The position numbers and the translations under genes are program-made. Below the pieces are notes generated by a model. It had not been told where the DNA came from. It saw only the letters and a program-made list of their open reading frames with translations, and did not search any database. A stretch of 47,235 bases of DNA from Welwitschia mirabilis (taxonomy: Eukaryota): contig JBOZIK010000001.1 in assembly GCA_051453625.1 (NCBI GenBank), positions 8,698,112-8,745,346 on the forward strand, given 5' to 3'. The stretch's first letter is position 1. Every line of letters starts with the position of its first letter. Positions 24,889-38,300 of the stretch are shown here, piece by piece.

Positions 24889-26207
24889 TATTGCGGTGGA
24901 TAATTTTGCAATCCTTTATGTCTTGCTTAATATTATTGATCACAAATAGATATATTACAAATACAACATGCTACTATAGATGGAAGTGATGCAAATATAG
25001 TAAACCTATTGAAGGTGTATGAAAGAAGAAGAAGAATTGATTTTGGAATAAATATTATATTATTTTAGAATATAAATAACAATGCAAGAAATAATGAAAT
25101 GAGACACACTTATGTAAATGCATATGCAATCTATTCTAGATGAATGCCTATCCAGTTACCAAATTGACTTATTAAGAAGATTGACCCTGTGTAACCTAAA
25201 TCAATTAAGGAAACTATTACTAACTAAGCCTAACTTAAGCTATCAAGTAAGGAAAATAGAATGCAATGCAAGTTAATCATAAAAATCCACCTAAACTAAT
25301 ATCATCAACCTTGACAAAGGTTTCCCTTAAGACCTATATCATAAGCGAAACTATCATAAAATCAAGAATAATATAAACCCTAAGGAACATGTACAGTATT
25401 AAAGAAATGAAAGAGAAACAGAATTTGTATTAACTGAACTAGCATCCAAGTTATAAAGAAGTTGCACCTTAATGAATGATGCATAATCCAACACTAAGAA
25501 AGATGTCTCTATGCAATGACAAAGGATGGATTTCTTATCCTTCAATTTCCTGTCATGAGAAGTTCTAGTGATTGAATATTGGTAGGAGGATTGAAGAAAA
25601 GGTTTATTTATACAAAAATAAAAACCTGACAGTCACTCAAGTTATAATAGTTGTGCTAGAAATACACTTAATTTTGGGAAAGAAATAGATAAAACAGATG
25701 AAAGTCAGTAAGTTGTTTTAGTGTCATCCTAACCATTGGAGGGATGATACTTCATAATAATAGATAAATCATCAGCTTCTGACTCCACAGTTAGCCTCGT
25801 AGTTGGTTCCAAATGTGTTATCATCCTACATGTCATGGAGACAACACTGGGGATGACGCCTCTTTAGAAAAAAGAACTCATTAGCTCCTAGTTCTAATCC
25901 AAATTAACATCCCAAGTAGCTACTAAAGTGTTGTCATCCTTCCTATCATGGGAATAATAGCAGGGACCATAGTCTTCCTTATCTTTCTAGCTTAAGAGAA
26001 ATTAGCCTTTGGCATCATTAATCTTCCTCTAAAGCACTGAGTATTAAAGTATGTCTAAAATACCTTTAAATTTATTAAGAATTACATGTTTCCATGATCA
26101 TCCCATCACTTCTCCATAAACATTAGAATTTCATCTGAACTTATATAAAAGTCTTACAAAATAACTCATAATACCCCATCAAATACACATAATTTAGTAG
26201 TACATCA
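24889..26207 (-). mobile_element. Athila-like 3' LTR (second family), inserted just after the PBS of the previous element
   Basis: Starts TGATGTA at 26207 on minus, preceded by the Athila-style PPT context (TAAGTGAAGGGGCTA, 26222-26208). Its end (ccaccgcaata) matches the end of the 29438-30117 LTR (acaccataaca). Confidence 0.75.
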
Positions 26208-27949
26208 TAGCCCCTTCACTTAGTCTAGTTATTCCCTGACAAAACTAGATGAACAACTATAATTGTGAGTCAAATTATCTTTAAAAAATCAATTCAAAAA
26301 TTATAAAAAATCACATAAATAATTTCAAATATATCATAGAGGAAAATAAAATGTAGTGCATCATGTGTACCAAGTGGAAATCATAAAAATTATATTTCAT
26401 GAAAGCTCTGAAACAATCCCATAAATTGATTTTTTTTTGTAAAAATTATGAAAATAAGTCATACCCTCCTTTAAGAAAAATACTAGGTCTCGTATTGGCT
26501 AATGGAGCAAAGAAATCATGAGAAAATCAATACATCCAAATGATAAGATGGATGATGGGTGTTTTTTAAAATTTGTAAAAATTAAATTTTGATAGTTGAC
26601 AAATTAAGTTTAGAGATTAATGTAAAAATGTCAAATTTAAAAAATAAAGATTTATGGAAGACTCTGACAAATATGAAATGTGAATTATGGAAAGATCAAG
26701 CGATGAAAATGTGCTAAGTGGAATAAAGTAGGTCCATGAGTGCCCAACAAATGTGCCTTAATAAAAATGATTATGAACAATGTGTAGGACTCTAAAAGAT
26801 AGAAAATAAACATCACAAAAACTGCGAGGAAACTCATCTAATCAAGAAATTAGATTTTTATTAAAAACTAAGCAAAAAAACTACTAAATGTTAAGGTCCT
26901 AAAATGATACGAAAATATGAAAATGACTTTGAAATAACTAACTGAATAATGGAAGGAAAAAAAAGAATGAAAAGTGGACATAAGAAACATAAATAAGATA
27001 GCCTACCTACCCTAAATTCTAACCTAATAGCCTCCTATGAAAGAAAACATAACATCACTTAATTTAAAATACATGACTAAATGTATAACTCTATAAAGTT
27101 TTATGTGATAAGGTAGTGGTTATGATGATGCTAAAAATTAAATACTCTAGACAATGAGTGATAATATCAAAGAATTACTCAAAAATAAACTTACCTGCTA
27201 ACATCTCAAAACACACACCTGAATCCTCAAAAGTGAAATAATCATGTATAAAGACTAAGAGTCTAGGGAATAAGCAATGCTTCTAATGACTCCAAGAACA
27301 CTATTGATCCCATATCCTTAACGTTTTTATTATTTTATTTTCCATGATGAGGGAAGTGCAACCACTATTGAAGAAGTAAGGACTAGAGAACTATGGCCAA
27401 CTGGCCTCCTAGTGGAGTTCCCATAGGTACCATATCACATTGTGAAAGGTATTTCTCAAGAAAATTTCCCCCAATGTGCTTGTAGTAGGACATCATGATG
27501 CTCACGTTTTTAAGCTAGTTTAGATATGAAACATCATGATCTTGTTGTTTCTTTTTTTCTTTGTTTTATTAAGAAAAATCATATATAAATTCCACATGAT
27601 TATACACCTTAAAAGAAGAAGGTGAAGTAGTGAGATGAAAGACAGAAAAGAACACACCTAAACAATCAAAGATCTTTTACTTTTAAGAAAAACATAAGAA
27701 ATAAAGCATCTTCCTTTGAAATGAAGTTCATAGATGTGTGAATGTCTTAAAATTAGGTGAAGATAATCTTACCACTATAAAATGTCCAAGTATAAAGACT
27801 AGTCATGAAAATAAAATAAATACATAAGTCATATTTAAAAATGATAAAGTGACATCATAACATCCTCCAAAGGAATAATCTAAGAGAGAATCTAGATAAT
27901 GATAAGAAGGAAGTCCTTCTTATTGAGAGGAACCTCCAAGACAAGTGCT

Positions 27950-29427
27950 TCTATCAAGTTCAATATTGCATCAAAAAGTTGCTAGTATATTTTCAACCTT
28001 TATCCATTAACTTTTTGAATCTCTTTAGTGATTAAGTTAGAAATCTTAATAGACCCATTAGAATGTATTTTCTTAATAAGATAAGTACCTAACCATTTTA
28101 AGATCAACTTGTTATGTAGAAGATGCACTCTAGTATTATATAATAGAACTAATTGACTAGGTTTAAACTTCTTATGAATTAATTTTTTATCATGTTTGGA
28201 CTTATTTTAGGCTTTATGAATAAGTTAATAATGAATAGCTCAAGTTTATTTTTCGTTCAAACGATCTAATTAAGATAAATGAGTTTTAGAATTTTCTTCT
28301 AAATTTACAAGATTAATTTGATGGATAGAATGATAGGAATTGTAACAAACATTAATAGGTAAATCATAGACTTTACTGTATACAAGTTCATAAAGTGAAA
28401 AACCAAGTGAATTATGCTAAATGGTATAGTAAGAATAAAAAATATCATTAAGCTTAAAATATTGTAACTTTTTATTAGTATAGACAAGTTTTTAAAGCAT
28501 TTTTTTTGATTTCTCTATTAGCATTTTTAGTTTGTCCATTGGTTTGAGGATGATAAGCATAAGCTACATGATGTTCTCTACCAATAAATAAAAGAAGTTT
28601 CTTAAAAGGTGGTTATTGATGATCACTAATGATTTTTTGAGTAAAACCAAAGTATTGAAGAATTTAAGTTCTAACAAATTTACAAATGATTCAGCATCAC
28701 TTGAGAAAGTAGGCACTACTTCAACCCATTAATCACATAGTCAAAATAAACTAAAATGAAATTTTTATCTTTATAATGTGATTTGATTAGGCTTATGAAA
28801 TTAATTCCCTAATAGTTAAAAGGTTTACATTTAAGAATAGATTTGAGGGGAATTTCCTATGATCATAAAAGACCATCAAAATGTTGGCATGCATCGCACC
28901 TTCTTGTAAATATAAGATTTCAATAATTCCAACAATTATATTTATCATAGTTATGTTAAGAATATAACCTTTGCATGTAGATGTACCCACTTAAAATAGG
29001 GCTGATGTTCCTATACTTATGGAAAAAATGTATCTATGATAGGTCTTAGGCTCAAATGTTCTCACTCAAATAGGGTAAACATCCTTGTTACACTGACAAT
29101 TTATGAGTATTTGATAGGGTTTTATGAGTCATTTTGCAAGATTTTTGTATAGGTTTAAGTAAAATTCTTATGATTTTGGAGTTTTAATAAGAAATCTTAA
29201 AAATATGTAATTCTTACCTAGATTTGATATGTTAAAGGCATATTCTAATGCAAAAATCTTTGGAGAAGGATTACTATTAAAAATGCTAAGTTTCTCTACA
29301 AGAAAATGATCAAATAAGCTTATTGTCTTCTTTGTTGTCCTCATGACAAGCAAGATCATCACTACTGATGTGAACTACTTAATCACTACTGAGTAATCAT
29401 TCTAAGTCATCTTTTATAATGTGTTAT
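27950..29427 (-). pseudogene. pol: Athila-like pol: RNase H end and integrase, degenerate
   Basis: RCDACQH...EIPLKSILKCKPFNY*GINF, AYAYHPQTNGQTKNANREIKK and FKPSQLVLLYNTRVHLLHNKL match Athila integrase motifs. Confidence 0.85.
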
Positions 29428-29437
29428 NNNNNNNNNN

Positions 29438-30117
29438 ACTCTGATAATGACTTTTAACCATTTTGTCTATTTCATTTATAAGTATGCCTAGCCACACCAA
29501 TCATTTGTCTTCTATGAGTTGTTCTAATAAATCCTCCTTTAACTCTCCTTCTCATCTTTATTGCATTGGAAATTCTTATGATAGGAGATCAAAGGATGGG
29601 AGATCCATCCTAAGTATTGCAGAAAGATGTGCACTTGGTGAAGGCTATATATCCTCCATTGAGACCCAGCTATTTTGTAATCAAGGTGCTTATTACTCTT
29701 TAATATAAAAACTTTGTTTTGTTTTATTTTCATATCTACATATTAGTTTTTCAATGATCCTTATAGTCTATGTTGCCTTTGATTTGGTGATAATTTCTTA
29801 GATGACATAGATTATCAAGGGTAGCCTTTGTTAAAGTTGAAAATAAGTAGTGTTAGTTCATTTTACATTTATTTAGATTAGTTGTGCTTTACATTTGCAT
29901 TAAATTTCTTTATTTCTCTACATTATTAGTTATTTTTGGTTTCTATTCCATTTTGCAAAGTAGCCTAAGTCTCATCTTATAATCTTCAACATGAATATGA
30001 AATTTTGGGTCTACTCCCACTCATACTAGTATGATATATTGTGTAGGATATTTATTTATTTTATGAATGACAGAATATTTCTGAACTTAAGAACCTATAT
30101 AAATACACACCATAACA
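29438..30117 (+). mobile_element. Athila-like 5' LTR, 3' half (begins at a gap), followed by a degenerate Asp-type PBS at ~30122-30139
   Basis: Homologous to the reverse complement of 24889-25550. Ends ...CATAACA, then aattagtatcattgccagaga, which differs from TGGCGCCGTTGCCGGGGA only by transitions. Confidence 0.7.
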
Positions 30118-30599
30118 AATTAGTATCATTGCCAGAGAAGGTTATTGAGGAGTTCAAGGGTTTTCATCATTTAAGTAAGTATATTAGACCTTTATTTGGT
30201 TATTTCTTTATGAAACATTGTATTTTATTAAGAGCTATAGGTTTTTTATGTGTAGTATTTCAGTTCTAATTTTTTAGTTTTAGTTTTTCATAAAAATTTT
30301 TGGTTATTCCTCTATCATCCCTATGACAATCAAGATAACATTGTGCCATTTTTATTTTCAGTTTTATTTTGGAATTATAATTTTTTTAAAATAAATTAGA
30401 TTCTATCATCTTCTATGACATTTAAATGACTAGGTAGATGACAATCTCATTTTTCAAGATTTTCCACTTCTGTTTCAATTTCTATTTAGTTTCTATTTTT
30501 TTGTTTTTTTGTGTGTCATTCCTTTTATCATCTCCATGATAGATAAGACAATATTATTTTGTTTTTGATCTTGTTTTTTATTATTTACTATTTACAGGA

Positions 30600-31949
30600 T
30601 GCTGTAATATGGTCAATCTTAAGAAGAAATATTAAAAAGAAAGGCTGCTAATAGGAAAAAACATTAACAAAGGATTAGTGAATATAGAAAATGAATCAGA
30701 AAAGAAATTTCTAGGTGCACTTAATTTTCCTTTCAAGTTTTTTCTTGAATTTGATTTTTTTAATGAAAAACCTATAGAAGGAGATAACCAATTAAGAATG
30801 TCAAGTGCCTTCTATAAGCAAAAATAAGTCATAAGATCTTCTACTCCTAATGCAAACCTTACCATGAGGTAATTGTTAGCCAACAAGAAATGACAAATTC
30901 CAACTACTTTTGATCTACTTCCAAGAGATGATATTGAGCTTAAAAACCTAATTTCCTACCTAGATTTTAGTGGAGAAGATGATGAGGAACCCCTTCAATA
31001 CATTGTAGAGATTGAATAACTAATCCTCACCTTAGGAAATGGGAAAAAATTATTAATAGAACGTATATGATAATATTTTCTATGACATTAAAGGATAGAG
31101 CAAAAAATGGGCTAAAAACCATACCCCACAAAGCTTAAAAATATGGAATTACATCCAAAAAACCTTTGTAAAGAGATTTAAAGAAAGAGGACATTAAGAT
31201 ATTAGAAGATTATAAGTTTTCTTATCTTGGAAAAAAGAAAAATAAAAATCCTTCTCAACAAATAATTCCTTGGCTTGATAGGCTTAACAATAATTCAACT
31301 TTCAATGATCATCTAAAAGCCTTGATAAAAAAAGCATAAACTTACCCTTTTCAAAAATTTTACAAGAAAAATCGAGGTATAAAAATTATGGAAAGACTGA
31401 ATAAGAAGAAAATAAAAATGAGTTACCCCTAGCAAAGTCTTTCTAGATAAATCCCTTACAAATTTAGTGTTATAAAAATCACTCAAATTTAAAGATCCAA
31501 GAGCAGAAACAATGAATGTTACTATAGAGGAAAACAAAAAGGTTAGAAAACCCTTAATAGACATTGGGACGAGTGTTAACATCATGAAACTTTACATTTA
31601 TAGGATAATTGATCTGAAAGATAGAATACAACCTACTTCAGTTGTCTTAGAAGTAGTAGATCCATCAGTTAAAAAATTGTTAGACATCATTAAAGATTTG
31701 GCAATTTAAATTAAAGAGGCTTGCTAACCCATTGATGTGATTATCATAGAAGTTGAGCATAACATAGGATACCCTTTACTTCTAGATAAAACCTTTTGTG
31801 CAATAGCCCACTGCATCATTAACACAAAAGTAGGAATAATGAAATGTTATTTTGGAAATAGAACTTTTACAATTATAGTCTTTAATGCAGCTAAAAAATG
31901 TTTTGGTGATGATGAAATGAACATTAAAAGCCATATCAAACCAACTTTA
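30600..31949 (+). pseudogene. gag: Athila-like gag and aspartic protease, truncated by a Sirevirus insertion at 31950
   Basis: DFSGEDDEEPLQYI, MTLKDRAKK(W), KFKDPRAETMNVTI...KPLIDIGTSVNIM (DLGASVNLM-type protease site), YPLLLDKTFCAIAHCIIN (ILGRPFLATA-type). Confidence 0.85.
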
Positions 31950-33378
31950 TGATAGGATCGAGAACCCTGATTGGCGCGGGAGGGATGGGGGGGGGTGGGG
32001 GGACGGGAGGGAAGGGGCCGAGGGACAGGTGAATAGGTTCTTCTAAAAACTTAATCTCAAAAATAACTTAAAGTTATCTAATCACTATTTACATGTATAA
32101 ATAACAAAATCAACAATTTGCATATAAGAAATAAAAAATTGAATGTAAAGAATAAAAGAGAAAAAAAAATCATAAACTACCAGTTTAGATGCACACAGGA
32201 TTTATAGTGATTCAAGAACTCTCTTATTTCACTCTTGATGATTAGGTTCTTCCAAGCTTGATTTCAGATCTTTCTTACTCCATAGGTTTTTCCAGGTTTA
32301 CCTGTAACCCTTATAAGTGGATTTTTATAGGTTAAGTCTCAACCTTAGCACTAGACTTTTGCAAGGTAAGTCTCAACCTTTAACAATAGACTTTTACAGG
32401 CTAAGTCTCAACCTCTAAAAACGGACTTTTGCAGGCTAAGTATGAACCTCTAAAATCAATAGATATGATGTAATGCAGCCTTGATAGCTCATATATTACA
32501 TGCTCAGTATCAATACAATGAATGGAGCTCTTCTCTAACAGATCACAATGATAAAGTTCTTATATCTGATTTTGAGTGTAGGCTTTTACCAAGGATAGAT
32601 CTTCTCAATTAAATATGAAGTAATTTAAGTATATGCCAATGAAAATAAACCTTGATCTTTTAGATCCACAATGAATATACTAATTTAAAATAGTACTAAA
32701 AGATCTCTAGGTCATCTATTATCGAGATATTTATAATAGAGGGTTACTATGATTTATTATAAATGAATTATAACTCTAATGGATATAAATGGCTACAAAA
32801 TGGCTAGGTAATGGCTAAGTAAAGATACATAAAGTTGACAACTTTTACTTTTCTACACTATCTAGTCAACCCTATAAAAATCTAGTCTACCCCATGAGAA
32901 CTTGGTCAACTCCATTCTGAGTTTGATCAACCTCTTGCTTCTTGGTCTAGAACTATGGACTATCAGCTTCACAGGTCTGATCGACCCAATGAAAATCCAT
33001 TCTACCCCTTTCCTCTTGGTCTGGGAGTATTTTCTTTTAATTCCTCAAATTCGATTAACCCCATGACTATTCGATCAATTCCTTTCCATTCGATTTAGGA
33101 ATACTAGTTCTTGAGATCACAGGTCAGTCGACCCCTTAGGAATCTAGTTGACCCCTCTAGGTTTAGTTCATTTTTCTTATGACTGCATCAGGTTTGGTTA
33201 ACCCCTTTAAAATTTAGTCAACCCTCATTAGAGGTTAAAAAAATGCTATAGATTTTTTGGTGCATTTTGATTCAAATCTTTAACTTGCAATACTCAATCT
33301 CATCTGCACACAATATGTAATAATTTGCATTACATAAGAGAAATTAGTTTGACATCAATTGGCAAATATAATCTAACA
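31950..33378 (-). mobile_element. Sirevirus 3' LTR
   Basis: TGTTAGAT (33378) ... GATCCTATCA (31950) on minus, immediately preceded by the PPT AAAGGGAAAGAT. Colinear with 45013-46299. Confidence 0.9.
32318..32458 (-). repeat. 4 tandem copies of a ~31-bp unit in the LTR (AGGTTGAGACTTAGCCTGxAAAAGTC...)
   Basis: gacttttgcaaggtaagtctcaacct-type unit near 32320, 32355, 32388 and 32423. Confidence 0.85.
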
Positions 33379-33700
33379 ATCTTTCCCTTTGACATTGATG
33401 GCAAACAATTAAGTGATTTTAAAAATCTAAAACAATTTAATCTCATTCATCAAATACTTGTAAGCACACATTTAAAAATCACAACTTTTTCTTACATCAA
33501 AGCAAATATACATTCAAGCAAAGAGTAAAATACAATTATTTCTTTTTCATTGACTAAATACATAAACATTTGAAAAACCCAATATAACATTTTTGAAAAC
33601 ACACTACCATCTTCTCTCCCTCTTTGACATCAATGGTAAATATAAAATTTAGAGATATGACATAAATATCAATTACATTCTCTCCCCCTATGTTGGTACT
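33379..33700 (-). promoter_or_regulatory. Multiple polypurine tracts (Sirevirus multi-PPT signature)
   Basis: ctttccctttgacattgatg (33381), ttctctccctctttgacatcaatg (33612), tctccccctatgttgg (33681). Confidence 0.8.
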
Positions 33701-34227
33701 AAATGATAAACAATGACAAGCCAAAACTTTGAAATACATTTAGGCATTTTGAATAGAAAAAATTTTTGTGCTTTTAAACGAGACAAGTTTTAAATATGTA
33801 CAAATTTGAGAAAACATAATTTTACCCAAAATGATGATCAGAATCACTTATGAATTGCATATTTAAATAATACCCTTTAAGAACACAATATAATACCAAA
33901 TGATAATTCAAAATATAATAGAAAACACTCAATAATTTGATTTCCATAAAAAATTCTAACTCATTTTAATTGAAATAATAATTTTAATTTTTTTCAAACA
34001 TGTCAAGCTTAAAAATACCAAAATAATGTAAGGATTATGCTCAAACATATAACTAGATTTCATTGATAAAACAAATTATTACAAATATTTAAACCTAAAA
34101 AGAAAAAAAGAAGTACTCATCAAGAGTATACATCTAAAAATTTTCACTAACAAGCATAAATCTCTCTTTTTGGAAACAAAAGTAAAAGAGAGAATAATAC
34201 AAATACAATCTAAAAGATAAAAAAGAT

Positions 34228-35268
34228 TTAATCTAATCCTTCCTCTTATTCTTCTTATTCTTTAGATTCTACCTCTAAATCTTCTTCATCTCCACTAGTA
34301 CAAATAAAGCTGATACCTTTAGCTGAGGTATTTGCAATCTCATATTCAGCTGCAATGAGTGCTTCTTTCATATGCTTAGTGTGAGAGTCAATCTATTTTA
34401 AATATGAAATAGTCTCATTCGGAGATGTTTCTTTTGAGGTTTTATAAGGGGATTTATTGAAAGGAGCAAATATATGCATGTGAAACAAAGTCGCATGCCT
34501 AATGGTGATAAAGGCTAAAGTATCTCCAAAGAAGGACGTAGATTAATACAAAAATGAAAACAGATTTTAGTGATAAGCACAGAGTAAGGTAGAGCCTTAG
34601 TTTTGTGGTACTCTAACTATGAAGCCATAATTTTTAATATTATGGTAGAAGCATCAATAGAATGCTCAGTTCCTACTAAATACATTAAATATGCCCTATA
34701 GCTAGAGGCCTTATCATGATGGCTAGCTAAAGGAAGAAAATTATAAGTAAAGATCAAATGAATGCAACAATATTTGAGAGTCAATAGAGAATAGATAACG
34801 TATGTTTCCAAGTATGCACTTTATCATAAATCTCTCTGATGATTACCATCTTANNNNNNNNNNGTATCTCTTAGAGGCCAAAACTCTTCATAAGTTCCCT
34901 ATAGAAGATCGGTCAGCTCTAAAATGAGGCCTGCTATCACTCTTATCCTTCTACTCAAAACAAGGATTTTTAGAGTCCTAGTATCATAATTAAAAGAAGC
35001 ATTTCAATAAAACATTATAGTAAAAAAAATGATATGTAGGACCTAAAACATATAAGAAATGGTTTAGATCTTGATCTTTCAAGAGATAAATGACATATCT
35101 TAGTTTCTTAAGCTCAAATATGAGTAATGACTGCTCTTGGTACACATCTTTCTTCTCAAACTTTTTAAAGAACTTGTTAATAGCTTCTTTAGACATTCCC
35201 TAGTATAAGTAGGAAGGTTTCCTTGAAGCATCTTTCTTTAGACCTCTCTTAAAAGAGATGTCTACTAT
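34228..35268 (-). pseudogene. Sirevirus env-like ORF (plant transposon protein PF20167-like) with acidic C-terminal tail, degenerate
   Basis: KKFEKKDVYQEQS...LGPTYHFFYYN and LKYCCIHLIFTYNFLPLASHHDKASSYRAYLMY...IDASTIILKIM, then KALPY. Homologous to 42934-44161. Confidence 0.75.
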
Positions 35269-35779
35269 TCTAAGACTTTTAAAAGAAATAAGACTAAGAA
35301 AATCACTAGATTTAATGACAAAAATCTCTTAATCTAGAAGAAAACTCATTAGATCTGAAGACTTAAAGGTACTAGAGTAAGATTGAATCAAGATAGGATT
35401 CTGGTTCTTTTATAGATTGATGGAAATAGGATATATTTGAGAAAGAAATTAGGTCCATCAATTGTACTTTCACACTATAATCTGTCAAGTCCTATTTACT
35501 TCTCGAACATCTGGTCAACCCGTTGAGAACGGCTTTATAGTATTGAAAGGGATCCTAGGTGATCAGGCTTTTAGTCTGATCAACTGATTACATCCAGTTG
35601 GCTAAATTATAGATCTAGTCAACCACTCTACAATTAGCTAAGATACTGTGTATTAACCTCCAGATCACTTCCATAAAAGATAAATTAATTACAAGAACTA
35701 GATTTTACATTATCTTTGATAGAATGACATTTAGTTTTATCATAATCTTTATTAAAATGTTGATTTGTATGAATTGATT

Positions 35780-36111
35780 GATCAAGAGTTTTAACTTCTA
35801 ATCTTAAGCATTATCAATACATTTTATACTAAAGATAATAACATTTATTTTCTCGTTCTCAACTATACATTTTGATTTATCATTCTATGCCCTTTATTAT
35901 AAGGTTGACTAACACTTAGTAAATTATGTTGTAAACCATTCACATAAAGTACATTATCGAGATTAGATGACATACCTTATTTGATGCTTTTTGTACCTTT
36001 CATTTTTGCTGTTTGGTTATTTTCAAAACTAACTTCTCCTCCATTTATGCTCTTTAAATTCTAAAAGCTTGATTTATCTTCTATCATATTCATTGAACAA
36101 TCACTATCTAG
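35780..36111 (-). pseudogene. Sirevirus aspartic protease remnant (upstream part lost in a gap)
   Basis: LDSDCSMNMIEDKSSF*NLKSINGGEVSFENN resembles LDSGCSRHMTGDKS...GGxVTFGNN. Homologous to 42100-42419. Confidence 0.8.
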
Positions 36112-36211
36112 NNNNNNNNNNNNNNNNNNNNNNNNNNNNNNNNNNNNNNNNNNNNNNNNNNNNNNNNNNNNNNNNNNNNNNNNNNNNNNNNNNNNNNNNN
36201 NNNNNNNNNNN

Positions 36212-38300
36212 ATCCATTGGCTTATGGATGGTGAGCATAAGCTTCTGTATGTTTTATTCCAATAAGTAAAGAATTTTCTTAAAAAGATAATTGATAAAAA
36301 TGAATTTCTTAATCACTAATTATTATTTGAGGAACGCCAAAACATTGAAAAATTTAAGTTTTAACAAAATTACAAATAGTCTAGGCATCATTTAAAGATA
36401 TAGGAATTGCTTCAATCCATTTGATCACATAATTAATAGCCTATAAGATGTAGTTTTTATCCTTAGAAGGTGGTTTAATGGGGTCTATGAAATTGATTTC
36501 CTAATAATTAAAAGGTTCACATTCAAGAATAGGCTTAAGGGGAATTTCTTGAGAATGTATAAGTCTAGCATAACGTTGACATGCATCACACCTTCTAACA
36601 TAATCAAAAGAGTTCTAAAAAAGACTAGGCCAGTAAAATCTAGAATGAAAGACTTTCATGGCTATTTTCTAATCACTAAAATGTCCACTACAAATAACAC
36701 CATGATAAAGATGAAGGGTATCTAATTTTTCTAATTCTAGGACACATTTTCTCATGATTTGGTCTTTGTACCTACAATAAAGATATGGTTGTATCCATTC
36801 ATAATTACCTATTTTATGGAGAAAATATTTATTTAATTATAACTCTAGATTTGTGGTGTTTTAAAAGTAACAAGGTAATTAATAATATCAACATATTCGG
36901 TAGGGAGATGAATAGAAGATATAGCAAAAAATTATTCATCCAGAAAATAATCATTGATAGAAAGATCATCAAAAGAAGAAAGGCATGATAAATGATCTGC
37001 TATGTTGTTATGTTTTTCTATCTTATTTATGATGGTGATATTAAATTCTTGCATGAATAGGATTTATTTAATCAATCTAGCACTAGAATTTTTCTTGTTC
37101 ATTAGGTATCTAATAGCTGTATAGTCTGTGTAAAAGTTTGTATGGAAGCCTAGGAGATAATGTCAAATATTATTGAAGCAAAGATTATGGCTAACATCTC
37201 TCTCTCAGTAGTTGTATAATTTTTTTGAGCTTTGAATAATGTTTTACTATGATAAGATATAAATTTAAAATCATTTTCATATCTTTATCTAAGCACCCCA
37301 TCCATGGCAATATTACTAGCATCATACATTAGTTTAAAATCCTTATTCCAGTTGGGTCTTATTATAATAGATGAAGAAGAGATTTTATCTTTAAGTGTGT
37401 TGAAATCAAGCTCGAAGATTTATTCCATTCAAATTTTACTTCTTTATCTAGTAATGAGTGAAGGGGTTTATAGATTTTAGCATAATCTTATATGAAGCGA
37501 TGATAAAAACCATAATGTCCAAGAAAGATCAATTTTTTTAACATTGATTGGAGGAGTTAGATCTTTAATGATTCTTACGTTTTTAGGGTCCATCCTAATT
37601 TCTTTATTACAAATGTGGTAACCTAATACTATTCCATTATCAACTAAAAATAAGCTCTCTTCCCAACTTAAATGAAAGTCGTACTCTATGCATCTATTAA
37701 GGACTTTCTCTAATCTTTCTAATATTTAATTAAAGTTATTCCTAATGATTGGGAAGTTATTCATAAAGATTCCTATCGAATCTTCTAACATGTCAGAGAA
37801 AATACCCATCATAACACATTGAAAAGTTCCAAGAACATTGCAAAGTTTAAAAGGCATTCATCTAAAAACAAATGTTCCAAAAGGAAAACTAAAAGTTGTA
37901 GTAGCCTGGTATTCACTAGCTATGCAAACCTAATTATAACAACTATATCCACCAAAAAAGTAATAAAAAGCATGTCCTTGAATTCTATCAAGTATCTGGT
38001 CCAGAAAGAGTAGAGGCAATGGTCTTTCTTTGTGATTTCATTAACTATTCTAAAATCTATGCACATTCTTTATTTCCCACCTTTCTTTGGTATCACAATT
38101 AAAAAACTAATCCATTCACTATCTAATAGAGCATAAATAATCCAAACATCTATTAATTTAATGATTTCATCCTTTACTACTTATTTAAGTATTAGATTTA
38201 ATATCCTTTATAGTTGCCTAACAAGTTTTAAGTTTTTTCCAAGATAAATTTTATGTTAAATAATAGAAGGAGGAATGGCTGATAAATCTTCATGAGACTA
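36212..38300 (-). pseudogene. pol: Athila-like pol: reverse transcriptase, RNase H and integrase N-half, degenerate
   Basis: RMCIDFRIVNEITKKDH, GIFMNNF (FMDDF), FLGHYGFYHRFI, LMYDASNIAMDGVL, NYTTTERE, YTDYTAIRYL, CDACQR, AYAHHP*ANG. Confidence 0.92.
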
